From positions 32,001-96,000 of IMG/VR virus record IMGVR_UViG_3300028601_000023: a DNA stretch of 64,000 bases. The stretch is one strand, 5' to 3'. Shown piece after piece: positions 43,847 through 53,714 of the stretch. Positions within the stretch are counted from its first letter, which is position 1. Each line of letters begins with the position of its first letter. A model generated the notes under the pieces. The model ran no database searches. It worked only from the letters and a program-made list of their open reading frames with translations, and was not told the DNA's origin. The position numbers were made by a program, and so were the translations under genes. Source of the DNA: a virus (taxonomy: Duplodnaviria > Caudoviricetes).

Positions 43847-44382
43847 TAACTTTTTCAGAATTTTTAAATGAGTCTTATGTAAATTTGTTCAAGCCAGATG
43901 AAAAGAAAGTATATGCTGATGAAGTGTTTGCTCTACTACAAAATTCATATAAGAAAGTTGGTGGTCTGAAAGGATCTGGTTTCAATTCACCAGATGATAT
44001 GGTTGCGCGTATTCCGTTCTGGAAGCTTGTACGCAAAAATGATAAGATAGTAGCGGCGGTATTCTATAAGGATTCTGGTGGTAGAAAGTTGGTTGCCCTT
44101 GGAACTGATGGCTCTCCAGAAGGTAAAGCTGCTATAGTTGATTTGATGAAAGCTGAAATTACTAGACAGAGATCTTATTCTGAAGTCTCAGAACCAGTTG
44201 TTTCGTTCATCAAGAAATATGTATTGTCTAATCTAGAACAATATATGATCCCAGCCGATCAAGTTGCAGAGATCCTTGGAAAGGAGATTCGTATTACTGG
44301 AAAGTATACTTATACTCGTGAGATCGGTGGAAACCATCATGAAAAGTTAATGTTTGGAAAACCCGGAGTCAAGTTCTACTAA
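43843..44382 (+). CDS. Putative internal head protein, possible GNAT-like body
   Basis: Leader MITFSEFLNE|S; GATAAATA upstream at about 43711. Confidence 0.55.
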   Translation: MITFSEFLNESYVNLFKPDEKKVYADEVFALLQNSYKKVGGLKGSGFNSPDDMVARIPFWKLVRKNDKIVAAVFYKDSGGRKLVALGTDGSPEGKAAIVDLMKAEITRQRSYSEVSEPVVSFIKKYVLSNLEQYMIPADQVAEILGKEIRITGKYTYTREIGGNHHEKLMFGKPGVKFY

Positions 44383-44520
44383 AATGTTAACATTTATTAT
44401 ACTTATATGGATTGGATTTTTTACTTGGGCTTTATGGTATCTTGGTGATTTTTAGTTGACATTCTATCATCTCCTTGTTATTTGTTATTCTCAATGGCGA
44501 CAATAACAAGGAGATTCTAA

Positions 44521-45858
44521 ATGAAATCCGTCTCTCAAATCCTCGAACAACTCTCTTCTACCAATTCTTCTAACGACAAGTTGAATATTCTCTCAGCAAA
44601 TATTGATAACAAAGATCTTCAGCGATTCTTTTTCTATGCTTTGAATCCTCACTATGTTTATGGACTCAAAAAGATTCCTGGATATGTAAAGCGATCTGAA
44701 ACAGTAATAGAAGCAACGGTTTTTCACTTTCTCGATGCTCTCAGAGGACGTAAAGTTACTGGTAATAAGGCAATAGAAGAATTGAAAGGGATCCTTGAGA
44801 ATACATCTGATGACTTAGAATGCCAGATTCTCAAAATTATCAAGAAGGATCCTGATGTTGGAGTTTCTTCCGGGTTGATTGAAAGAGTCTGGCCGTTGCT
44901 TTTACCTATTGGAGTAAAGCTCTGCAAGGCACAACCGTATTCTCCTAAAGCAATTTCCAAAATCTCTTTTCCTGCTATCTCTGACCTGAAAGCTGATGGA
45001 GCAAGGGTTAATGCTTTTATCTATAAAGATCGTGTTGAACTGTTCTCCTCTGGTAGTCTGAAACTTCATGGAGTCAAAATCCTCGAAGATGATATTCTAT
45101 TGAGTGGAGCAACTGAACACGTTCTTGACGGCGAGTGTGTTGTTCTTGAAGAAGATATGAAAACCGTTATGCCTCGGAAGAAAGGAAACGGAATCATCAC
45201 CAAAGCAATCAAGGGAACTATCTCTCCCGAAGAAGCAAACCGAATTCGTTTTCATGTTTGGGATCTCATTGGATTCAGATCTTATAATGACTCAACCAAA
45301 TATCCTACTGCTGGATATAGAGCTCGTCGAGAATCTCTCATTCACAGGATCACTCCATGTTCTCGAGTTGAAATGATTGAGTCCAAGATTGTCAACAATA
45401 TTACAGAAGCAATTGCTCATTTCAAAGAGATGCTTGCGCTTGGACAAGAAGGAACCATCCTGAAGAATCTCGATTTCATTTGGGATGGCAAGAGGGTTCA
45501 AGATTGCGTCAAGTTCAAACTGATCATTGAGAATACTCTGAAATGTATTGATGTCAAGATCTCTATTGAGACCAAATACGAAGGGCAAATTGGAGCTCTG
45601 ATATGTGAATCAGCTGATAAGAAGGTTGTTGTTTCTGTTGGATCTGGATTGTCTGATGATGATCGTATTAAATATAGCATGGAATCGCCGATCGGAAAGT
45701 TCTTCGAAGTACGTTCTAATGGTTTGATCTCAGATGAATCAGGATGGTCATTGTATTTGCCGCGCTTGGTAGAAGAACGCTTTGACAAGTCAGAAGCAGA
45801 TGATTTTGAGACCATTGAAGCCCTGTCTAATGGATCACAAATGCTGCTGAATGAATAA
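44521..45858 (+). CDS. 30: ATP-dependent DNA ligase (gp30)
   Basis: LKADGAR, LDGEC, VWD, EGTILK, KFK, VGSG and LPR. Confidence 0.95.
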   Translation: MKSVSQILEQLSSTNSSNDKLNILSANIDNKDLQRFFFYALNPHYVYGLKKIPGYVKRSETVIEATVFHFLDALRGRKVTGNKAIEELKGILENTSDDLECQILKIIKKDPDVGVSSGLIERVWPLLLPIGVKLCKAQPYSPKAISKISFPAISDLKADGARVNAFIYKDRVELFSSGSLKLHGVKILEDDILLSGATEHVLDGECVVLEEDMKTVMPRKKGNGIITKAIKGTISPEEANRIRFHVWDLIGFRSYNDSTKYPTAGYRARRESLIHRITPCSRVEMIESKIVNNITEAIAHFKEMLALGQEGTILKNLDFIWDGKRVQDCVKFKLIIENTLKCIDVKISIETKYEGQIGALICESADKKVVVSVGSGLSDDDRIKYSMESPIGKFFEVRSNGLISDESGWSLYLPRLVEERFDKSEADDFETIEALSNGSQMLLNE

Positions 45859-45879
45859 CAGATTACTAAATTCTCTTTG

Positions 45880-45887
45880 TATAAATA
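45880..45887 (+). promoter_or_regulatory. T4-type late promoter
   Basis: Intergenic TATAAATA upstream of thyX. Confidence 0.55.
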
Positions 45888-45914
45888 AATCCCCGCTTAA
45901 AAATATGGAGGCAT

Positions 45915-46685
45915 ATGAAAGTTACTTTGATAGGTATTTCCGTCCCAAACATTCAACAGACTTATCAGGAGGATTGTGATCCAGACAAAGTTGTTTATAC
46001 AGCATTAGCACAATGCTACAACGATTCTTTCAATCCGTTATCAGACAAATATCCTTCTGTAGAAGAGATGAAAAAGGTCATTAATCATGTAATAAAATCT
46101 GGCCATCATTCAGTAGCAGAACATGTCTATTTTAGTTTTCTAATTGAAGATGTTAGTAGAGCATTGACGCATCAGTTGGTACGTCATAGAATTGCGAGTT
46201 ATTCACAGAAATCTCAACGATATACTGATGGATCATTCTTTTCTTATGTAGTTCCACCGACAATTGCGAAGAATGATGATGATCGTAAAGCATATGTAGA
46301 TCATATGGAATCTACTCAGAAGCTCTATGCTAAACTTGTAGATTCTGGTGTTCCTCATGAAGATGCTCGGTTTATTCTACCAAATGCGTGCACGTCCAAT
46401 ATAGTAATGACAATGAATATTCGTTCATTGGGTGAGTTCTTTGCTAAGAGACTTTGTAAGAGAGCTCAATGGGAAATTCGTGATCTAGCATCTGTAATGG
46501 CTGTTAAACTACAAGATGTTGCTCCGACGTTTTTCAAAGATAATAAACTTGGATATGCTGCATGTATTCAGAACGGTTTTTGTAAAGAAGGAAAGTCTTG
46601 TGGTATGATGCCGAAACTAGACGATCTAAAGAATGCTTATAAAATTCTACAGGTACAAAAAGATGAAGTATATAACAGGCGATGA
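45915..46685 (+). CDS. thyX: Flavin-dependent thymidylate synthase
   Basis: GHHSVAEH, SRALTHQLVRHR, SQRY, EDARFILP and AQWEIR. Confidence 0.95.
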   Translation: MKVTLIGISVPNIQQTYQEDCDPDKVVYTALAQCYNDSFNPLSDKYPSVEEMKKVINHVIKSGHHSVAEHVYFSFLIEDVSRALTHQLVRHRIASYSQKSQRYTDGSFFSYVVPPTIAKNDDDRKAYVDHMESTQKLYAKLVDSGVPHEDARFILPNACTSNIVMTMNIRSLGEFFAKRLCKRAQWEIRDLASVMAVKLQDVAPTFFKDNKLGYAACIQNGFCKEGKSCGMMPKLDDLKNAYKILQVQKDEVYNRR

Positions 46686-46908
46686 AGCAACAGAATATAT
46701 TTCTAAGTTTGAAGATGAACTGAAAGCTCTATTAGAAAAGTATAAAGCTGAAGCCAATATAGAAGATAACTGGAACGGATATTCTGAATGTGGTAGAGAT
46801 CTTCATATTGTATTTGAACTAAAAGATTGTTTAAAAGAATTAGAATTCGGTTCTTGGATAGATAAAGATACCAAAGGTAAAATTGAATAAAGGAGATATA
46901 TCGAAAGA

Positions 46909-48714
46909 ATGGCTAAAAAGTTAAAACCAATGGTCCGGTTGAATAAGGATCAGATCGAGCAGAAACAATTATTTATTGATAGCTACAAAGGAGCGAAGAA
47001 CGCTGCTATTGGATCTTCAGTAGATGCTAACTCAAATGTGGTATCTAAAACTGTTGCAACTCTTGGTGCTGAATTATTTAAGGATTTTCATATTCAGATT
47101 AATAGAAAAACGGTCTATGATAAAATTGCTGAGATGTTCGATCAAGAAACAGCTGACAAATACGTAGAATGGTTAGAAGACCATCGAATCTATAGACATG
47201 ATGAGACTGCTCAAACTCCTGGGACTCCATATTGTGTTGCTATCAATATGTATCCCTTTCTTGAACATGGCATGACTAGACTCGGTGGAGAATCAAAAGC
47301 TCCTAAACATTTAGAATCTTATTGTGGATCCTTTATCAATTTGGTCTTTGCTATTAGTTCTCAGTTTGCTGGTGCTGTTGCTACTGTAGAATTCTTATTG
47401 TACTTTCACTATTTTGCTAAGAAGGACTATGGTGTCGATTATCTCCATACAGAAACCGAGAGAGTCAAATCAAAACTTCAACATGTAGTATATTCTTTAA
47501 ATCAACCCGCTGCAGCAAGGGGCTGGCAATCTGTATTTTGGAATGTTTCTGTATTTGATAGATACTTCTATGAATCTATGTTTGGTAACTTTATGTTTCC
47601 AGACTTTACAAAAGTAGACTATGATGAATTCAACGAAATGCAGAAGTTCTTTCTTGAATGGCTATTAGATGAAAGATCTAAGTCTTTGCTAACCTTTCCA
47701 GTACTAACGGAAGCTTCTTTGAATGCAGAAGATGATGCAAAGGATTTAGAATGGGCTGACTTTATTGCAGAAATACGCGCAAAAGGTTTATCTATGTTTT
47801 CTTTTAATGATAAAACAGCATCAAGTTTGTCCAGCTGCTGCAGATTAGCCTCAAAGCTAGATGATACCATAAACGATTTCTCATTCTCACTTGGGGCAGG
47901 CGGTGTTAGTACAGGAAGTACTAGTGTCATTACAATCAATATAAACAATGTAATACAGAAAGGTTATGAATTAGAAGAAACAATCAAAGAAGTACAGAAG
48001 TTCCAGGTTGCAAATAGAAAACTTGTAGAAGAATATGTTTCTGATGGATTGCTTCCCGCTTATAACGCAGGATTTATTAGTCTAGATAAACAGTTCGTCA
48101 CACTTGGCGTTCTTGGACTAAACGAAGCAGCTGAGTATCTCGGTTATACAGTTGGCAACAATGACGCGTATAAAGATTGGGCTGCTGGGATTTTCAAATT
48201 GTTCTCGGATCTTAATTCTGAAGCTCGTCAAAAATACGGCATCAAATTCAATACTGAGTGTGTTCCTGGAGAATCTCTAGGTGTCAAGTTTGCTAATTGG
48301 GATAAAGAAGCTGGTCTAAAAGTAAATCGTGATTGTTATAATTCATATATGTATCTACCAGAATCAACTGATACTTCTATTCCAGACAAGTTTCAGCTTC
48401 ATGGTGGAAATATTGCAGAAATGCAAGATGGCGGTTCTGCTCTACATTGTAATCTATCTCAGCTACCAGACAAAGAACTCTTCAGATGGCTTCGTAAACT
48501 TGCTGCTGTCTATGGAACAAAATATTGGACAACCAATGTTCTGACATCAGTCTGTGAAGAATGCGGTCATATTGATATGAGAACAGTTGATGTGTGTTCT
48601 GTTTGTGGATCAACAAATATCAACTGGGCTACACGTGTTATCGGATATCTTCGTAAAATTGCCAACTATTCTGAAGGTAGACAGAAAGAAGCAGCTATCA
48701 GATATTACCACTAA
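46909..48714 (+). CDS. nrdD: Anaerobic (class III) ribonucleotide reductase without ATP cone
   Basis: YRHD, PYC, SSCCRL, Zn site CEEC..CSVC and glycyl-radical motif RVIGYL. Confidence 0.95.
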   Translation: MAKKLKPMVRLNKDQIEQKQLFIDSYKGAKNAAIGSSVDANSNVVSKTVATLGAELFKDFHIQINRKTVYDKIAEMFDQETADKYVEWLEDHRIYRHDETAQTPGTPYCVAINMYPFLEHGMTRLGGESKAPKHLESYCGSFINLVFAISSQFAGAVATVEFLLYFHYFAKKDYGVDYLHTETERVKSKLQHVVYSLNQPAAARGWQSVFWNVSVFDRYFYESMFGNFMFPDFTKVDYDEFNEMQKFFLEWLLDERSKSLLTFPVLTEASLNAEDDAKDLEWADFIAEIRAKGLSMFSFNDKTASSLSSCCRLASKLDDTINDFSFSLGAGGVSTGSTSVITININNVIQKGYELEETIKEVQKFQVANRKLVEEYVSDGLLPAYNAGFISLDKQFVTLGVLGLNEAAEYLGYTVGNNDAYKDWAAGIFKLFSDLNSEARQKYGIKFNTECVPGESLGVKFANWDKEAGLKVNRDCYNSYMYLPESTDTSIPDKFQLHGGNIAEMQDGGSALHCNLSQLPDKELFRWLRKLAAVYGTKYWTTNVLTSVCEECGHIDMRTVDVCSVCGSTNINWATRVIGYLRKIANYSEGRQKEAAIRYYH

Positions 48715-48729
48715 AATAAATAAAAGTTG

Positions 48730-48795
48730 TTGACATCTAGACTCCGAATGGTTATTCTAATCTTAATTGAACGGAAACATATAACCATTCGGAGT
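48730..48795 (+). promoter_or_regulatory. Early promoter cassette with an anti-RBS inverted repeat
   Basis: TTGACA-N17-TATTCT; 15-bp inverted repeat at 48741-48755 / 48781-48795. Confidence 0.8.
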
Positions 48796-49068
48796 TATCA
48801 TGCTTTACCACCCCACTTACACTGCCGCAATTTCTACTGCTCTTGATTCCGCTGAAGAACTCGGTTATTCCTATGATGAAAATGAATACTTTGATACAAT
48901 AGCAATCGGAACATCTCGTCCAAAAGTTGGCGAGACTTCGAGATTCTCCCTTAGACTTCGTCACAATAGCATGAAAGCCACTGATGCTGATGTATATATT
49001 CATGTACAGGTTTATGGAATGGAATCTGGAATGTACGAACTTAACTTTTATATTCTGTAAAACAATTA

Positions 49069-49111
49069 TTGACATTCTATAAGCTATTAGTTATTCTAAA
49101 CTCAATTGAAC
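49069..49111 (+). promoter_or_regulatory. Early promoter cassette
   Basis: Same consensus. Confidence 0.85.
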
Positions 49112-49694
49112 AACAAATCCCTGGAGGATTAAGATGAACACACGATTTCATTATACTGATTTTTCAGTTTATTCCGACCTCTACAAAGACGTTTATGGAT
49201 TTCGTCCTCGCAGTATTCCTTTCACAACAGTTGCAGAGTATCGAGCCGAGATGACACAACTCAGTGAGATGCTCAAAGATGACATTTCTGTAGAAAAACA
49301 AGAAATAAAATTTGCAGTTGATAGATTCAATCAAATTGTGTCTGATACCATGAATACTTGTAATTGTTCATGGAAAAAGGCTATTGATTTTTTAATGGAT
49401 GCAGAAGACAATGTATATGTTTCTGATGATATGGAATTCTTTCTGTATCATTATGGAATCTATGGGAATCTAGCGTATGAGATTATCAGAAAGTACAAGG
49501 AGGAAAACTAAAATGTTCGCAGATATTTATGTCAGAGACGGATACGGAGATACAATTATCAGACGCAAGCAGGTGAAGCATTGTCCTCATAAAGGTGAAC
49601 GAGTCGAGTTGGATGGTGTATACTATAATATTGTCGATATAGTTCATCGTCTTGATTATGATTGTTTTAACCTTATTTTGGAGAGGAGCTACAA

Positions 49695-50075
49695 ATGAAA
49701 CTCGCTATTGTCGGATCCAGAACGTTTACCGATTATCTGTTTTTAGAATCTACTATAATGACTAGGATAAATAAAACTGTAACTGAGATCGTTTCTGGTG
49801 GAGCTCCTGGTGCTGATAGTCTTGCTGAAGATTTCGCAAAGAAGTTCCGACTGAAAATGAAAGTATTCCCTGCAGATTGGAAAGGGCTTGGAAAGAAAGC
49901 TGGATATCTTCGGAATATTTCTATTATAGAATATTCTGATATTGTAATTGCTTTTTGGGATTTTGTTTCTCCTGGAACAAAATCATCTATTAACCTTGCT
50001 TATAAGATGCACAAGGAATTGCATATCATCGACGTACGAACCAATAAAAATGGAGTTTATAATGAAAACATTTAA
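49695..50075 (+). CDS. YspA/DUF2493 SLOG-family protein
   Basis: AIVGSR, VSGGAPGAD, PADW..GKKAGYLRN and AFWD..SPGT. Confidence 0.85.
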   Translation: MKLAIVGSRTFTDYLFLESTIMTRINKTVTEIVSGGAPGADSLAEDFAKKFRLKMKVFPADWKGLGKKAGYLRNISIIEYSDIVIAFWDFVSPGTKSSINLAYKMHKELHIIDVRTNKNGVYNENI

Positions 50076-50796
50076 GGAATTCATAGAAGAAGCAACTAAG
50101 GAAATGACCCTCAAACAGGTCATGAAGAAAATCAATGACGGCTACTGGGAAGCCGAACAAGATATGAAAGTTGGTCGTCACGCTATCCTTAGAGATATCA
50201 GGACCAAGAAACGGATCACTGTCTATATCAAGGAAGATCTAAACGAAGAATTTAAGACGGGTGATTACGTAAAACACACAAAAAGTGGCGTTGTTGGCAA
50301 GATTGTGAATGTTGCCAGCGATAAGGCCGCCGTCGATGTCAAATGGAATAGTGGAAAAACCACTACAACTGATCCAAAGAAATTGACTAAATTCAATCTA
50401 AAGGAAGATCTAATCGAAGCTGCTCAAGAAAAAGATCTTGATCCTAAGAAGAAGATCGTTGTCAAAGGTGTCAAGGGAGCAAAGTCCAAGCCTTTCGTAA
50501 AGAAATTCAGAAATATGGACGCATACGAAAAGTGGACTGATTCTGATGAGTTTGGTGATTTCGAAGTTCATCAGATTATGAATGAGTCTGATGAAGATAA
50601 TTATATCAATGAAGCTGAGGACGTACACAACTTTATTAGTGACATGATCATGGACTTCGAAAAGAAACTTGAAAGTGTCATTTCAAAGGGTGCTAAGTCG
50701 ATTGATCCAACTGTTCTTAAAGAACTCAAGAAACTTGAAGCTGAATGTGGCAAAGTTCGCAAAGGTAAATTACACGACGTTAGACCTGGGCGTTAA
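50062..50796 (+). CDS. Putative internal head polyprotein
   Basis: MKTFKEFIEE|A leader after a GGAG RBS; internal KEDLNE, KEDLIE, IMNE and YINE sites. Confidence 0.6.
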   Translation: MKTFKEFIEEATKEMTLKQVMKKINDGYWEAEQDMKVGRHAILRDIRTKKRITVYIKEDLNEEFKTGDYVKHTKSGVVGKIVNVASDKAAVDVKWNSGKTTTTDPKKLTKFNLKEDLIEAAQEKDLDPKKKIVVKGVKGAKSKPFVKKFRNMDAYEKWTDSDEFGDFEVHQIMNESDEDNYINEAEDVHNFISDMIMDFEKKLESVISKGAKSIDPTVLKELKKLEAECGKVRKGKLHDVRPGR

Positions 50797-50797
50797 T

Positions 50798-51208
50798 ATG
50801 AAAACGTTCACAGAATATATCAATGAGAGCTTTACAGTTAAAGCTGGCCTTCAGGGAGCTCTCAATGTCAATGGTAAAGACATTGCTAAAGTTGTAAAGC
50901 ATGGAAACAATGTCTTTATTATGATTGACAAAAAAGACGGTGACAAAAATCGTCTTCTGGTTCCAGGTGGAAAAGATATGCTATCATCTGAGATAGTTGA
51001 TTGGTTTACATCTTATCTCAAAAAGAATCCAAAGGTTCTGTCTGAAGATTTAGAAGAAGCGTATACTCTTTCTGGAACTCCCGAAGAAGCAAAGAAAGCG
51101 ATAGATCAATACATGAAAGCTATCCAGGGTCTTGGAATTTCAAAAGAAATTGTCAAGGCTGGTGTAGATGCTATCATGGCAAACTTCAAAAAGGATTGTA
51201 AAAAATGA
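50798..51208 (+). CDS. Putative internal head protein with two modules
   Basis: MKTFTEYINE|S; internal SEDLEE|A. Confidence 0.6.
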   Translation: MKTFTEYINESFTVKAGLQGALNVNGKDIAKVVKHGNNVFIMIDKKDGDKNRLLVPGGKDMLSSEIVDWFTSYLKKNPKVLSEDLEEAYTLSGTPEEAKKAIDQYMKAIQGLGISKEIVKAGVDAIMANFKKDCKK

Positions 51209-51477
51209 AAACATTTAGCGAATATTTGAATGAGTCTATTGATTATACAAAGAAAAAACATCCAGATGGCGGAGAGCTCGCAATTCTCATAAATCCTTTG
51301 AAAAATGATGGCGAAGATGGAAAGTATACAGTAGTGCTTCGTCCGAATAGAAAAAAAGGATCAATAAAAACTCGAAAATCTATAAACATACAATCTTTTA
51401 ATAATCTTCATGATGCTGAAAAGGCAAAAAAAGAATATGCTATAAAATTTGGTTATGGTATAGTAGGATCGAAATAA
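51205..51477 (+). CDS. Putative internal head protein
   Basis: MKTFSEYLNE|S. Confidence 0.6.
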   Translation: MKTFSEYLNESIDYTKKKHPDGGELAILINPLKNDGEDGKYTVVLRPNRKKGSIKTRKSINIQSFNNLHDAEKAKKEYAIKFGYGIVGSK

Positions 51478-51999
51478 ATGATCAATTATTCACTCTTTGT
51501 AGAACTCTGTGATCTAGTAGAAAAGTATAAAGACCGTTATGAGGAATCTAAACGGTCTCATATTGAAAAGGTCATAACAAACGGAAAGAAACTGTTCTAT
51601 TCTGGAATGTTTCCGACACTACCAGATCTGTTTTTGTCTGAACTAGAATCTCATGACAATACAAAGTTCTACTCTGATGAATATTTTGGAGCAGTCCTTC
51701 GGCACGCTGTTAATTTCTGTGGTGCTAAATATCCCTCTAAAGATATAGAAGACTTTGCTAATAGTTCAATTGATACCCATAAGAAATTGAATTCTCATCA
51801 TCCAGAGAGCTTTCTAAACCCAAATGATATGACTCTAATGCATCTTGCTTTAATGATATCTGACTGGGAAGCTGTTGCGTCAGAGGAAAAGAATTCTACT
51901 AGAGAATGGTGGAACAAGGTCAAGGGCAACTATAACTTTGATGATGAACATGTATATATGATTGAACGACTGATTTGGTTTTTTGAGAACTATTCATGA
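51478..51999 (+). CDS. HD-like (DUF5662-type) protein
   Basis: HI..V, SHDNTK, HKKLNSHHPE and MISDW. Confidence 0.65.
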   Translation: MINYSLFVELCDLVEKYKDRYEESKRSHIEKVITNGKKLFYSGMFPTLPDLFLSELESHDNTKFYSDEYFGAVLRHAVNFCGAKYPSKDIEDFANSSIDTHKKLNSHHPESFLNPNDMTLMHLALMISDWEAVASEEKNSTREWWNKVKGNYNFDDEHVYMIERLIWFFENYS

Positions 52000-52418
52000 T
52001 AACCTTTACTACCTTTCTAAATGAGTCTGTTCTAAAAGTAAAGAACAAGTCTCTATCAGTTGTCTCTGCTGACAGGAACAAACTTGTCAGCATCAATATT
52101 AAAAAATTTGATGAAGCTTTCAAGAAGTCTAATATGTATATCGGTCCTGGTGGATCTGGATCTATTCATGGTAGATATAAACGGTTTGGAATATTTGTCT
52201 TTGGTGGAGTAGAAGATATTGGAGGAGGGATCAAGATTCCCTCCAAAGGTGTTGATTCAATTGAAGCTCCACAGGTTTCAGTCAATGACATCGGAGAGAT
52301 CAGCTTTACCAATGGCCGGCATAGATATGCATGGCTTCGAGACAACAAAGCTGATAAGATTTTTGTTTCAATGGATCCGACATCGATCAAGAACGCCAAG
52401 GACTTTGGATACATTTAA
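51996..52418 (+). CDS. Putative internal head protein with a ParB/Srx-like motif
   Basis: MITFTTFLNE|S; FTNGRHRYAWL. Confidence 0.55.
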   Translation: MITFTTFLNESVLKVKNKSLSVVSADRNKLVSINIKKFDEAFKKSNMYIGPGGSGSIHGRYKRFGIFVFGGVEDIGGGIKIPSKGVDSIEAPQVSVNDIGEISFTNGRHRYAWLRDNKADKIFVSMDPTSIKNAKDFGYI

Positions 52419-52456
52419 AGACTTTCAAGCGCCGCAACGAAACAGTCAATAATATC

Positions 52457-52478
52457 GGGACCTTACGGTCCCTTTTTT
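52457..52478 (+). terminator. Intrinsic terminator
   Basis: GGGACC-TTAC-GGTCCC-TTTTTT. Confidence 0.85.
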
Positions 52479-52479
52479 A

Positions 52480-53170
52480 ATTTTCTGCTAATTTTGTTGG
52501 TAAATATACAGCAATTTTCGTCAATTTCGGGAATAGTCAATTAATTCAACAGGTTAGATGAAATATAGACACACTCTAAGTGGTTGATTTAATTCAACAA
52601 AAAAAGATACCGTTATTTTCCACAACATTTTTCGTAAATCACAAAAGTGAACCGTTTAAAGTAGACAGCTGAAGGTTTTCTATATGTATTTCGCTGAATA
52701 TTCTACTAGAGAAGAGCGAAGCTAAATCTTTCCACTGAGGGAACCGAAGTGGATGTCCGCAAGGACAAAACTCTGATGAGATTTTATTAGATCACCGGAG
52801 TGAATACTTAAAGTAGACAGCTGAAAGTATTTTTAGACTAAAACTTTAGAGTCTCTAAGGTGGGCGGTAAAAAGTATATCTAAATCGTTCTATGAAATTC
52901 TATTTCAATTAATGATCAACCAATTTCTTCTATTGCCTCTAATTGTTCCCTAGCGGGAAATGGCCTCGGTTCCCTTCGGCCAAAGTTTTAATGGTTTCTA
53001 TAAATATTTCTATGGAAACCTTCTATCAAATTTTCAACTAAGTTTCTATTAATTTTTATTCATTATTTCTATGTTATATCCATGTTTTATAGCTCCAAAC
53101 TATATTTGCTTGTGACTAAGTATTCAAGATTATTGAAAATGATGAATTCGGCAACAATTTCAGCTATTCT
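52480..53170. other. Large structured non-coding region, candidate replication origin
   Basis: No ORF of 60 aa or more; an 18-bp direct repeat, mirror-image hairpin modules and AT-rich flanks. Confidence 0.45.
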
Positions 53171-53222
53171 ATTGACAACTGAAGAATTTTGGAGTATATT
53201 AATCTTTTAACGGAGGATATCT

Positions 53223-53714
53223 ATGACTGAACAACTATCTCTATTGGCTTATCACAAACATCAATTCGTTCCGGTTGATAGAACACTTGAAATTTATTTT
53301 TCAGGATGTACTCATCAGTGTCCAGGATGTCATAACTCAGAACTATGGGAACGGACGTCTGAGAATACTACTTGGATCTCTCCTATGAATCTTGTTGAAG
53401 GCCTGTTAGACTACAAGGACATTGCTACATCGGTCCATATTCTTGGTGGGGAACCTTTGGACCAAGATCATCAAGCTCTTTATGTGTTTATTCATTTCCT
53501 TGACAGCGTTGGTTTCAAAAATATCATTTTCTTTACTGCAAATGATATATCAGAAAGCGATGTATCTAAAAGTATTATGTTTGACTATTGTTCATTTGTC
53601 AAGGTTGGAGCTTATGATGAGTCCTTGACAGACGGTGCTTATGTTGATATTGAAACTGGAATCAAGTTAGCTTCATCTAACCAGAAAATCTACAAAGGAC
53701 GAAAACATGAGTAA
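53223..53714 (+). CDS. nrdG: Anaerobic RNR activase (radical SAM)
   Basis: FSGCTHQCPGCHN, LGGEPL, VKVGAY and ASSNQ. Confidence 0.92.
   Translation: MTEQLSLLAYHKHQFVPVDRTLEIYFSGCTHQCPGCHNSELWERTSENTTWISPMNLVEGLLDYKDIATSVHILGGEPLDQDHQALYVFIHFLDSVGFKNIIFFTANDISESDVSKSIMFDYCSFVKVGAYDESLTDGAYVDIETGIKLASSNQKIYKGRKHE

Noticed and set aside
20026-49111. The repeated 20-bp sequence as a CRISPR array
   Set aside because: Copies are hundreds to thousands of bases apart, each sits exactly 17 bp after TTGACA, and no cas genes are present. They are promoters.
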